NCBI GenBank assembly: GCA_021785125.1
Contig: JAJYGF010000008.1
Span: 1 to 47,813, forward strand
Reading direction: 5' to 3'
DNA: 47,813 bases
Origin: a bacterium
GTDB taxonomy: Bacteria > Patescibacteriota > Minisyncoccia > Moranbacterales > UBA2206
Part shown: piece by piece, positions 17,515 to 25,698 of the stretch
Numbering within the stretch: the first letter of the stretch is position 1
Layout: every line of letters starts with the position of its first letter
Position numbers and translations under genes: made by a program
Notes under the pieces: model-generated
What the model was told of the DNA's origin: nothing
Databases searched by the model: none
The model's input: only the letters and a program-made list of their open reading frames with translations

Positions 17515-18888
17515 TCACACCTTCCTTTCCGGAAAATAATCTCCTCTTTTCCTGAGCTTCATATCCCGGCCGCAATATCGATTCCCTTCCGCGCAGCGGC
17601 CCGTACGGTAGCAAGGCGGTTCCAACATCTTCAACAATTTGGAATTCTTGCCCTTGGATTTTTCAATGGCGGCCTTGCGCAAAAGCTTGCACGCTTGATA
17701 GATCTCTTCCTGCGCGCACCAGCAAAGGCGCTTACCCTGCTCGTGAGCTACTGCATTAAATGACCCACGCTTCCTGTATTTCACCATCGCGCCGTACGGG
17801 GCGATAATCATCGCCAGAGTCGCCGGAATTTCTCTGGAAATCTTTATCCACTCCTCCATCAAGCCGATAGCGTCTTTTTGCAGACCCATGCTGGTCAAGA
17901 TCGGCGGCAGATAGAAGTTTCCGGTAAATCGCGGCTTGCTCCTACCAATCGTCCGATGGCGCTGATCCTGGCCCATCGTGGCCAAAGAAAGCTCGATTTC
18001 GGTCAGAATTGCACCAAAGGAATTATCCATATACTCCGGTTTGAAATGCAGATGGTCGACCGGATGCATATCCTTGGACTCGGGCATGGAAAAATCCTTT
18101 TCGCCGATTATGTTCAAAAGCTTCAGTTTCGGCTTTTTGCTTATCTTTATTGAAGATTTTTTTGGAAGCTCCAATGCCCACTCGTCCCGCCTTCGCTTCT
18201 CCGGATTGAACATGAAGGACAGCTCCGGAAATTTTTCCAGCACCGCCTCGACCATCTTTTCCGTCACATAACGCATGGCCGGCGTCCAGGCAGATTCATA
18301 CATGGCAACCAACGCGGTAAGATTGATCGTGTAATCGAACGCAGTCGGAAAAATCACAGGAATAAACATACGTGTCTGTTCCTGTGCGATCTTCGGACTA
18401 TTCTGCTCGATGTAACCCTCATTCACATAAGGCCTCTCGGCTTTCAAGAAAACTTTCGATTTCTCGCGTGCCGCCACAATGTTTTTGTTGTACATGGCAA
18501 CCGCGTTTCTAACATAACGCATAACTTTCTTTCGCTGCTCGCCCTTGACCTGCGGCCAGAACTGGCGGACATATTTTTCTATTTCCACGAAATCCGGTTC
18601 TTCGAACATCTTGGCGCAATAGCGCCCGCTTCTCTGGTCGCTGTTGTAAAATGGATGCGCCAGATGCATGCCAAGCGTTATATCGCCGACGGAAATGCCT
18701 TCGATCGCGAATGTGAAATAGGTATGCTGCAGCGTCGTGTGATGTCCGACATCGAAAAGTCTCTTCTTTACGTCGAGCAATTTTCCAAATTCCGGCATTT
18801 CAGACTGGTAACACACCTTAGCCGCATGCGAAGCCAGCACCAGCGGATCCGCATCGGTATGCGCCAAAAGCTTTACTTTGATCATCAT
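17515..18888 (-). CDS. thyX: ThyX-family (flavin-dependent thymidylate synthase-like) protein, double-length form with a Cys-rich tail
   Basis: GHHTTLQHTYFTFAIEGIS...HLAHPFYNSDQRSGRY aligns to the ThyX motif region. DQRHRT and CAQEEIY lie further downstream. GAGGAGG precedes the ATGATG at 18888/18885. Confidence 0.72.
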   Translation of the reverse strand: MMIKVKLLAHTDADPLVLASHAAKVCYQSEMPEFGKLLDVKKRLFDVGHHTTLQHTYFTFAIEGISVGDITLGMHLAHPFYNSDQRSGRYCAKMFEEPDFVEIEKYVRQFWPQVKGEQRKKVMRYVRNAVAMYNKNIVAAREKSKVFLKAERPYVNEGYIEQNSPKIAQEQTRMFIPVIFPTAFDYTINLTALVAMYESAWTPAMRYVTEKMVEAVLEKFPELSFMFNPEKRRRDEWALELPKKSSIKISKKPKLKLLNIIGEKDFSMPESKDMHPVDHLHFKPEYMDNSFGAILTEIELSLATMGQDQRHRTIGRSKPRFTGNFYLPPILTSMGLQKDAIGLMEEWIKISREIPATLAMIIAPYGAMVKYRKRGSFNAVAHEQGKRLCWCAQEEIYQACKLLRKAAIEKSKGKNSKLLKMLEPPCYRTGRCAEGNRYCGRDMKLRKRGDYFPERKV

Positions 18889-18939
18889 TTCCTCCTCTTT
18901 GTTTGTCCGGGTTTTTAAAGACCTGCTCATATATTCTCC

Positions 18940-19494
18940 CTAGCTCTGGTAACTTTTTATTATATTGTCAATCTGCGCATACAAATCCGTAAAATCTCCG
19001 TTGTTATCGACTACATAATCCGCTCCTTCCTTCAGCGCCCTGATCTGCGCTTCCGCTTCTTGCTCTTGGTCTTTTTTGAATTGCTCCAGCGTCTTTCCGG
19101 CGTCATCCGTATTCTCTCTTCGTTTCTTTATCCTTTCAAAACGTTTCTCGATATCAGCCTCAACATATACCAACTTGAAGTTCGGCATTTCTCTTAAATA
19201 GAAGATGTCTGAAAAACGACGGACTCCATCCACAGCTATGACCGGATGAGCATCATTATCGGCATCATGAAAAATAACTTTGGATAAAATATCTTCAGAA
19301 AAATTCTGTCTAAAAATAGTTGAGATTTTCTGTAAATTTTCTCTGCTTTCCTCCAAGTACATCCTACCCGCCACATCTCTCAACATCGTTGAAAAACGAT
19401 GGGTACTGCCATCATATTTTTCTACGATGTATTTTGCAATCGTGCCTTTGCCCGATGCGATTTCCCCCGCCAGACCAAGAACTACTTTTTGCAT
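18940..19494 (-). CDS. P-loop nucleotide kinase (dNMP-kinase / dephospho-CoA-kinase-like)
   Basis: GLAGEIASGKGT Walker A. About 180 aa. Paralogous to 20098-20643. Confidence 0.62.
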   Translation of the reverse strand: MQKVVLGLAGEIASGKGTIAKYIVEKYDGSTHRFSTMLRDVAGRMYLEESRENLQKISTIFRQNFSEDILSKVIFHDADNDAHPVIAVDGVRRFSDIFYLREMPNFKLVYVEADIEKRFERIKKRRENTDDAGKTLEQFKKDQEQEAEAQIRALKEGADYVVDNNGDFTDLYAQIDNIIKSYQS

Positions 19495-19516
19495 TTTATT
19501 TGAAACTTAAAAAATT

Positions 19517-20008
19517 TTACATGTCCGCATATTTTTGCGTCTCATGATTCAATAATTCGTATGCAACTCCAGCCTCTTTAAAAATTTCCTTGCTACGCTC
19601 ACCGGCATGGTAATCCATGTTGCACACTACCCTCTTTATACCAGCATTGATTATCATTTTGGCACAAGTGTAACAAGGAGTCATATGGCAATATAAAGTA
19701 CCTCCATCCAAGGCCACTCCAAATCTGGCCGCCGAAACGATAGCATTCTGCTCGGCATGAGCCGTACGTATACAATGCCTGCTTTCATGGCCATCTTCAT
19801 GCTTTACGGTATGCATTTCATGACCTGCTTCATCGCAATGAACAGTGCCGACTGGGGAGCCTATATAGCCAGTTGATAATATTCTTTTGTCTTTAGTTAT
19901 GACACACCCGCTTTTGCCCCGATCGCAGGTACCCCTTGTCCCAACGACCTCCAAAACATTTATGAAATATTCATCCCATGAAAGCCTTTTACATTTTTGC
20001 TCTTCCAT
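19517..20008 (-). CDS. dCMP deaminase (ComEB-type)
   Basis: HAEQNAI ... PCYTCAKMIINAGIKRV zinc-deaminase motifs. Confidence 0.9.
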   Translation of the reverse strand: MEEQKCKRLSWDEYFINVLEVVGTRGTCDRGKSGCVITKDKRILSTGYIGSPVGTVHCDEAGHEMHTVKHEDGHESRHCIRTAHAEQNAIVSAARFGVALDGGTLYCHMTPCYTCAKMIINAGIKRVVCNMDYHAGERSKEIFKEAGVAYELLNHETQKYADM

Positions 20009-20064
20009 TTTTTTAATAAGAAGTTTTTAAGTTATTCTATTTTACCGCTTTTCCTTTTGCCGGT

Positions 20065-20092
20065 CAAAAAAGCGAGGCACTTGCGCCCCGCT
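20065..20092 (-). terminator. Terminator-like hairpin after the first kinase gene
   Basis: On the minus strand: agcggggc-gcaagt-gcctcgct followed by tttttt. Confidence 0.6.
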
Positions 20093-20097
20093 TCATT

Positions 20098-20643
20098 TTA
20101 TTGCATGATTTTTTCCATCGCCGCGTCCGTTTCTGCCAGAAGATAGTGCAGATCCTTCTCATTTCGGATGATGAAATCCGCCTTCTCTCCGATTTCCGGA
20201 ATCAAAACCTCCGTCTCGGCCCGTTCGATCTCCTGGAATTTTTCAAAAGTCACATCATCGTCGCTTTTTTCTCCCCGATTGGAAGTCCTTTGCCAACGCA
20301 TCTTCTGATCGGCCGTAACATACATGACATGGCCGCCCAATTCCTTCACAAAATCATTGTCTTCCCAGAAACGAATGCCGTTTACGACGATCACACCTTC
20401 AGATTCATCGATCTTTTTACGCAAAGCCTTGGCCAGGATATCCTTGCCGAATCTTTTCTTGAATTCCAACGCCAGCCACTGCTGGTCCTGCTTGGAAGCT
20501 TTTTCGAAATAAATTGCCAATGTTTCTTTGATCGGATCGGCAAATCTCATGAGTTTTGCATCGTATTTTTGATGCAGATAATTTGCTACCGTATCTTTTC
20601 CGGAGCCCGTTTCCCCGACTAATCCGATGATAATTTTCTTCAT
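20098..20643 (-). CDS. P-loop nucleotide kinase (dNMP-kinase-like), paralog
   Basis: GLVGETGSGKDT Walker A. 181 aa. Confidence 0.62.
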   Translation of the reverse strand: MKKIIIGLVGETGSGKDTVANYLHQKYDAKLMRFADPIKETLAIYFEKASKQDQQWLALEFKKRFGKDILAKALRKKIDESEGVIVVNGIRFWEDNDFVKELGGHVMYVTADQKMRWQRTSNRGEKSDDDVTFEKFQEIERAETEVLIPEIGEKADFIIRNEKDLHYLLAETDAAMEKIMQ

Positions 20644-20672
20644 TTATTGTTAAAATTAACTGCTTACACTTA

Positions 20673-20701
20673 ATTATACCAAGAAAAAGGACTTTTTCCA
20701 A
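20673..20701 (-). promoter_or_regulatory. Promoter with extended -10 for the nucleotide operon
   Basis: On the minus strand: TTGGAA, 17-nt spacer, TATAAT, with the spacer ending in TGG (TGgTATAAT). Confidence 0.6.
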
Positions 20702-20708
20702 ATCAAAA

Positions 20709-20733
20709 ACTCAGCCTTATAGCCGAGTTTTTT
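20709..20733. terminator. Imperfect hairpin plus T-run downstream of rplA
   Basis: actcagcc-ttat-agccgagt flanked by A-runs and T-runs. There is one mismatch in the stem. Confidence 0.4.
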
Positions 20734-20750
20734 GATTTATGTAAAGCACC

Positions 20751-21425
20751 TTACGCTATTTTCACTTTCATTCCCTTGCCCATAGTCGAGCAGACGGAAA
20801 TGTTGGCGATCAACCTTCCTTTGAATGCGGCCGGTTTTGATTTCTCCACCGCCTCCACAAAAGATTTGATGTTTTCGATCAATTTCACATCCTCAAAAGA
20901 AAGCTTTCCGACAGCCTGGTGGATATTGGCAGAGTCGTCATTCTTGAAAGCCGCGCGGCCCTTCTTCAAGGCTTCCACGGTTTCAACCACCTTGGTAGTA
21001 ACAGTTTCAGTCTTCGGATTCGGCATCAAACCTTTCGGTCCGAGAATCTTGGCAACTTTTGCCAGCTTTGGCATCATTTCCGGAGTAGCCACCAAGACAT
21101 CAAAGTTTATTTCCTTGGCGAACTTGTCGATCATCTCTTCTCCGCCCATGATATCCGCTCCGGCCTTTTTGGCTTCAGCGGCCTGGGTAGAGGTGATGAC
21201 TGCCACTCTTTTTGTCTTGCCTGTGCCATGGGGAAGACTTACTGTCGAGCGGATCTGCTGATCGCCTTTTTTCGGATCAACATTGGTCTTGATGTGGACT
21301 TCGACAGTCTCATCGAATTTGGCGACCTTATTCTCCTTCATCAGCTTCACAGCTTCTTCCAAAGAGTAGACGGTGTTTTTGTCTATCTTCTCAGCCGCTG
21401 CTCGGTATTTTTTTCCGTGTTTCAT
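20751..21425 (-). CDS. rplA: 50S ribosomal protein L1
   Basis: MKHGKKYRAAAEKID... The start is set at the internal Met (cat 21423-21425). Confidence 0.95.
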   Translation of the reverse strand: MKHGKKYRAAAEKIDKNTVYSLEEAVKLMKENKVAKFDETVEVHIKTNVDPKKGDQQIRSTVSLPHGTGKTKRVAVITSTQAAEAKKAGADIMGGEEMIDKFAKEINFDVLVATPEMMPKLAKVAKILGPKGLMPNPKTETVTTKVVETVEALKKGRAAFKNDDSANIHQAVGKLSFEDVKLIENIKSFVEAVEKSKPAAFKGRLIANISVCSTMGKGMKVKIA

Positions 21426-21483
21426 ATATTTGCGTGGTTCATGCGTCTCAAGGACTCGGGACTCCCACAAAAATAAAAATTAA

Positions 21484-21909
21484 TTAACCTTCAATTTTGA
21501 TGCCCATGCTCCGGGCGGTGCCGGCGATGATCTTGGCCGCCGCATCCACGTCATTCGCATTCAGATCGGGCAGTTTCTTTTCCGCAATTTCGCGAAGCTT
21601 GGCTTCGTTGATCTTTCCAACCTTGTTCTTCAATGGATTGCCTGAACCCTTCTCAACGCCGGCCGCTTTTCTCAGCAAGTCTGAAGCTGGAGGAGTTTTC
21701 AGTACAAAAGTGAAAGTCCTATCTTCAAAAACGGTGATCTCGGCCGGAATGATGTCTCCCATCTTGTCCTTAGTCGCTTCATTGAATTTGGTGCAGAATT
21801 CCTGGATATTCAATCCGTGCTGTCCCAGCGCCGGACCGACCGGAGGCGCGGGATTGGCTTTGCCCGCTCCGATTTGCAATTTAATTATTGTCTTAATTTT
21901 TTTTGCCAT
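21484..21909 (-). CDS. rplK: 50S ribosomal protein L11
   Basis: [27 protein letters not shown]. Confidence 0.96.
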   Translation of the reverse strand: MAKKIKTIIKLQIGAGKANPAPPVGPALGQHGLNIQEFCTKFNEATKDKMGDIIPAEITVFEDRTFTFVLKTPPASDLLRKAAGVEKGSGNPLKNKVGKINEAKLREIAEKKLPDLNANDVDAAAKIIAGTARSMGIKIEG

Positions 21910-21922
21910 AACATTGCTGTAA

Positions 21923-21953
21923 TTTCCGAGAAGCCGCCATCCTAGCGCGGAAA
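21923..21953 (-). promoter_or_regulatory. Hairpin in the nusG-rplK spacer (possible L11/L1 leader structure)
   Basis: tttccg...cggaaa closes an internal GC-rich loop (cgctaggatggcggcttct on the mRNA strand). Confidence 0.3.
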
Positions 21954-21963
21954 CACATGTAAT

Positions 21964-22509
21964 TTATAATTTATGAATCTGTAAAAAGTCCAATTCGACA
22001 GGAGTTTCGCGCCCGAAGATTGAAACAAGAACTTTGATTCTTCCCTTGGCTTCGTCAACCTCATCCACCTTGGCATCGAAATCCTTGAACGGCCCGTCCA
22101 CGATCTTGATCGAATCGCCAGTTTTGACATCGATCTTATATTTAGGCTCGGCCATCCCCATCCTTTTCTTGAGCATCTCTATTTCCGCCGGATCGACCGG
22201 AGTCGGAGTGGTTCCCAATCCGATGAAGCCGGTGACGTTCGGCGTGTTGCGCACGACATACCACGAAGCATCAGTTACGATCATCTCCACCAAGACATAG
22301 CCCGGATAGATCTTTTCTTCCACAACGGTCCTTTTTCCAGACTTGATCTTGATTTTTTTCTCGATCGGCACCATGACGTCAAAAATCAAATCCTGCATAT
22401 CCATAGATTCGATCCTTTGCTTCAGGTTGCGAGCGACATTATCTTCGTATCCGCTATATGTATGGATCACATACCATGCCCTTCCGTGATGTTGGGTTTG
22501 TTTTGCCAT
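21964..22509 (-). CDS. nusG: Transcription termination/antitermination factor NusG
   Basis: WYVIHTYSGYE, and the KOW motif GDSIKIVDGPFKDFDAKV. Confidence 0.95.
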   Translation of the reverse strand: MAKQTQHHGRAWYVIHTYSGYEDNVARNLKQRIESMDMQDLIFDVMVPIEKKIKIKSGKRTVVEEKIYPGYVLVEMIVTDASWYVVRNTPNVTGFIGLGTTPTPVDPAEIEMLKKRMGMAEPKYKIDVKTGDSIKIVDGPFKDFDAKVDEVDEAKGRIKVLVSIFGRETPVELDFLQIHKL

Positions 22510-22510
22510 A

Positions 22511-22696
22511 TTATTTTATGATAAAAGTTCTTAATAAATAACCGAAGATATAATCAAGACTTCCCAAAAAAATCGCCACTGCGATGCTTATTCCGATAAC
22601 CAGCAAGGTGTAATTTGTGGTTTGCTGCCTATTGGGCCAATTAACCTTCAAAAGTTCCGCTTTGGCTTCTTTTAAAAATGTTTTTATCTTGTCCAT
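22511..22696 (-). CDS. secE: Preprotein translocase subunit SecE
   Basis: 61 aa, a single TM, KVNWPNRQQ motif, and conserved position upstream of nusG. Confidence 0.85.
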   Translation of the reverse strand: MDKIKTFLKEAKAELLKVNWPNRQQTTNYTLLVIGISIAVAIFLGSLDYIFGYLLRTFIIK

Positions 22697-22774
22697 TGGG
22701 CTTATTTGAGCTATTTTTTGATCGTCTGCTTTTTGAAGCTTTTTAAAAAGCCTCTACGGCTTTTCATTGATCCA

Positions 22775-22803
22775 ATATTACAGCATCTTGCTATCATTGT
22801 CAA
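22775..22803 (-). promoter_or_regulatory. Promoter of the secE-nusG-rplKA operon
   Basis: On the minus strand: TTGACA (22803-22798), 17-nt spacer, TAATAT (22780-22775). Confidence 0.6.
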
Positions 22804-22933
22804 ATAAAATTATTTGCCGCTCAGAGGCAGCGCTTCAAGAGCAAAATCTTGTGATGGGCTTTATCCAGCACCTTTAACGAAACTGCCATTATCTTACAAA
22901 CAAAAAGGCTTTTCAGGGTGAAAAATCTTCTGT

Positions 22934-23031
22934 AGTGGCCCGTATCGGGACGGACCTCGAACTAAACTTGACAATCTATTTAAAAAGCTGTGTGACTATT
23001 TTGAAAAAAATACCAAACCTCCAACCTTCCA
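22934..23031. repeat. 3'-flanking repeat R, copy 1
   Basis: agtggcccgtatcgggacggacctcgaactaaacttgacaatctatttaaaaagctgtgtgac... It is homologous to 24842-24939 and 25591-25666. Confidence 0.75.
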
Positions 23032-23364
23032 TTAAGCAGCCTTCAATTTATACATCTCCAGTTTCTTTTCCAATGTTGCTACTCGTTTTTCCAACTTAAT
23101 AAATTCTTCTTTATCAGGTTTTTCTTTAAGAGCTTTCAAATCGTTTTTGACTTCCATAAGCTCGTCTTCGACGCGGGAGAGATATTCAAGGACTTGGTTG
23201 AAGCGACTGTCCACTTCTCGCCTGAATTCTTTGATCTCCCTTCGGATGCCCTCCTGCCCTTCCGCCAGCAGATCAAACTTCCCCTTGATGTCCTCCAGGA
23301 TTACAGCAACCTCACTTTCTTTATAGGTTCTTTCACCGCTTTTTAAAGCTTCGTTGTCATTCAT
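23032..23364 (-). CDS. Coiled-coil protein (110 aa), paralog A
   Basis: Heptad-rich sequence. The C-terminal 45 aa are nearly identical to those of 24940-25323. Confidence 0.7.
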   Translation of the reverse strand: MNDNEALKSGERTYKESEVAVILEDIKGKFDLLAEGQEGIRREIKEFRREVDSRFNQVLEYLSRVEDELMEVKNDLKALKEKPDKEEFIKLEKRVATLEKKLEMYKLKAA

Positions 23365-23393
23365 AAACCTTAAGACATAAGATTAGTGAATTT

Positions 23394-23421
23394 ATTATAG
23401 CATGGTCATTTTATCTGGCAA
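23394..23421 (-). promoter_or_regulatory. Promoter with extended -10 for paralog A
   Basis: On the minus strand: TTGCCA, 16-nt spacer ending in TGC, TATAAT. Confidence 0.55.
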
Positions 23422-23743
23422 GAGCACGGATAAAAAGATGTGAGAAATTGCCTCTGGAGACAAATAAAAAAATCTGACGCATATTTTCTTCAGCTTTTTC
23501 ACTGAAAATTCTTCGAGTCAAAAAAAGAGAACCCGCTAAAAGCATTATTCCTATGGCTAGGAAAAGTAAATCAATAACCCTGTTGTATTCTATGGTAAAT
23601 GCCTGCTTGAAAAACTCTACAATGAGGATCATTATCCCCAGAACGGCAAACAAAACAAGGAATCTAGAATTAAAAAGGACGGTTTCGAAATACTCTTCTA
23701 CCTTCTGGCTGAACGTTCTTTTGACACTCCCCTCTTTTCCCAT
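23411..23743 (-). CDS. Small two-TM membrane protein (hypothetical)
   Basis: GAGGAG lies 6 nt upstream of the ATG. The 3' end overlaps the duplicated promoter segment, so the C-terminus is uncertain. Confidence 0.5.
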   Translation of the reverse strand: MGKEGSVKRTFSQKVEEYFETVLFNSRFLVLFAVLGIMILIVEFFKQAFTIEYNRVIDLLFLAIGIMLLAGSLFLTRRIFSEKAEENMRQIFLFVSRGNFSHLFIRALAR

Positions 23744-23882
23744 CGCAGACTCCTCTCTTTTTCAGAAAATAGCAACAGATACATCTCAAAAAATTACAAT
23801 ATACAATATTTCAATATTTTAATTTTATTGTATAAAAACATTATTCTCTTATTGAAAAATCTACCTTTATGCGCCAGAATCC

Positions 23883-24569
23883 CTAAACCTCAGGCCTTAC
23901 CCCTCGGTCATCCTGTTTTTTTATTGTTCTTCCAAGCTTCGCTCTTTCCTTGTCCTCTTTAAGAGCCATGATCTCTCGCGTGCGCATCCTGGCAAATTCG
24001 ACATATTTATGAAAAAGATCCTTGGCTTCATTTTCTTCCAGTTCCTTCTCGCCGACCTGTCCTTCGTACCAGGCTTTCTCTTCAAAGCCGAAATCCTTGG
24101 TTCCTTGCGATGGGCGTGACGCATATTTTAAGAAAACTGATTGGCCGTCCAAAACCCCATTGATTATATCTTCTTGCCACCGTAGCGCGTAGGTCGTCGG
24201 ATGGCGTGCTACATCTCCCGCACCTCCGGGATACGGGATGTCCTTCTTAGCGTTTTCTTTGGTAAGGAACAGGTCTCCTCGTTCGCGCAGTTCCAATTCT
24301 TCTTTTTCCTTATCGGAAAGTTCGCCGGCCTTCTGTTTATCTTTTAGCTCATTGATCCTGTCTGCATCCGCTTTCACAATATCTTCGATCTTCAATGTCG
24401 TTCTTAAATTTCCGATCACATCCATTACGTCTCCGTAAAGCACAACGTCAGCCATATTATTAGCATAAATTTTTTCTTCTTTTACATTTTCATCGTATAG
24501 CTCCCGGCTGTCATTTAATGATTTTCTCCTTTTAAGCTCGGAGTCGAGCAGCATTGATTCGAATCTCAT
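23883..24569 (-). CDS. Hypothetical charged protein (228 aa)
   Basis: Intact ORF with no obvious SD and no recognised family. Confidence 0.55.
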   Translation of the reverse strand: MRFESMLLDSELKRRKSLNDSRELYDENVKEEKIYANNMADVVLYGDVMDVIGNLRTTLKIEDIVKADADRINELKDKQKAGELSDKEKEELELRERGDLFLTKENAKKDIPYPGGAGDVARHPTTYALRWQEDIINGVLDGQSVFLKYASRPSQGTKDFGFEEKAWYEGQVGEKELEENEAKDLFHKYVEFARMRTREIMALKEDKERAKLGRTIKKQDDRGVRPEV

Positions 24570-24775
24570 TGGATAAAAAATTAATTGTTAAGTGCGGAAG
24601 GAAGAGGAGGGCTTAGCTTTTTAAATTATGTTTTTATTATATTGAGCTGTTATTTACTGTCAAATCGGTGGTCATCTGCATATTTAAGCGCTTGGATAAA
24701 GGGAAATAGCCAGTTCGAGTCTCCTGAGCGCTTTACTTTTATGGAGGGAAAAATGATTAAAGGTTGAGTGTTAAA

Positions 24776-24812
24776 AAAACAAAAACCGCCTATTTAAGCG
24801 GTTTTTGTTTGA
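24776..24812. terminator. Strong bidirectional terminator
   Basis: aaaaaccg-cctatttaag-cggttttt with A-runs and T-runs on both sides. On the minus strand it ends the paralog-B transcript after repeat R2. Confidence 0.8.
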
Positions 24813-24841
24813 GGGAAAAATTGCCTCTGGAAGCAAGTTTT

Positions 24842-24939
24842 GGTGGACCGTATCGAGCCAGACCTCGAACTGACCTTGACAACCTATTTAAAAAGCTGTG
24901 TGATTTTTTTGAAGAAGATACCAAGCCGCCAACAATCCA
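24842..24939. repeat. 3'-flanking repeat R, copy 2
   Basis: ggtggaccgtatcgagccagacctcgaactgaccttgacaacctatttaaaaagctgtgtgat... Confidence 0.75.
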
Positions 24940-25323
24940 TTAAGCAGCTTTCATTTTATACATCTCCAGTTTCTTTTCCAATGTTGCTACTCGTTTTTCC
25001 AACTTAATAAATTCTTCTTTATCAGGTTTTTCTTTAAGAGCCTTCAAATCGTTTTTGACTTCCATAAGCTCATCTTCCACGTTGGATAAATATTCAAAGA
25101 CTTGATCGAAGCGACTGTGCATTTCTTTGAAACCGGCTTTCATTTCCTTTCTTAGCTCAATTGCATTATCATCCACCTTCTTGTGGAGATTATCAATTTC
25201 CCTTCTTATATCTTTCTGCCCTTCTGCCAGCAGATCGAATTTGCCCTTGATGTCTTCCAAGATTACCACGACTTCACTTTCTTTGAAGGACTTCTCAGAT
25301 TCTTTTGAAGATTGATCGTTCAT
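24940..25323 (-). CDS. Coiled-coil protein (127 aa), paralog B
   Basis: The start is set at MNDQSSKE (cat 25321-25323) because the track extension covers the promoter. It has a 17-aa insertion relative to paralog A. Confidence 0.7.
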   Translation of the reverse strand: MNDQSSKESEKSFKESEVVVILEDIKGKFDLLAEGQKDIRREIDNLHKKVDDNAIELRKEMKAGFKEMHSRFDQVFEYLSNVEDELMEVKNDLKALKEKPDKEEFIKLEKRVATLEKKLEMYKMKAA

Positions 25324-25355
25324 AAATTTTGAAAAATAATAGTTAGTATGAATCC

Positions 25356-25383
25356 AGTATAGCATGGCCAGTTTAGCAGACAA
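25356..25383 (-). promoter_or_regulatory. Promoter with extended -10 for paralog B
   Basis: On the minus strand: TTGTCT, 16-nt spacer ending in TGC, TATACT. It is positionally homologous to 23394-23421. Confidence 0.5.
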
Positions 25384-25590
25384 GAATCCAGTGGTAAAGA
25401 CGGGACAATTTACCTACGGAGACAAATTTTTACAGGCTAAGGATTCAGTAAATACCGGAAGGGTGTTTTAAAGCTCGAACTCAAATAATGGCTTGGGAAA
25501 GGGATAAAGGAGACCATGAGTTAACTGCTTATTCATCCTCGAACTCTGATTTTGCTTCACTTGAGCCTTAAATAAGGGATAGCTTTATAA

Positions 25591-25666
25591 AGTGGCCCGT
25601 ATCGAGCCAGCCCTCGAACTGAGCTTGACAAATTATTCAAAAAGCTGTGCAGCTATTTTGAAAAAC
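25591..25666. repeat. 3'-flanking repeat R, copy 3
   Basis: agtggcccgtatcgagccagccctcgaactgagcttgacaaattattcaaaaagctgtgcagc... It lies just downstream of the 25699-26322 gene. Confidence 0.7.
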
Positions 25667-25698
25667 AGAGTCTAAATTAGCTCTTCATGGATTATATA

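Noticed and set aside
22821-22889. A 22-codon minus-strand ORF (MAVSLKVLDKAHHKILLLKRCL) upstream of the secE promoter, considered as an rpmG remnant
   Set aside because: It has no similarity to L33 and no RBS, and it is too short to support.
24585-24767. A 60-aa plus-strand ORF, and its terminal mini-ORF MIKG (24753-24767), preceded by GGAGGG and followed by a terminator
   Set aside because: It has a TTG start without a convincing context and a low-complexity sequence. The terminator is better explained as the end of the convergent minus-strand transcript. There is no downstream plus-strand gene for a leader peptide to regulate. An sRNA cannot be excluded.
25440-25620. A possible tandem array of tRNA genes or pseudogenes (also at 27560-27730), suggested by GTTCGAG T-loop-like motifs at about 65-75 nt spacing
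   Set aside because: I tried to fold each unit. There are no acceptor, D or anticodon stems, and the T-stem pairing fails. Only the 8-mer core is shared.
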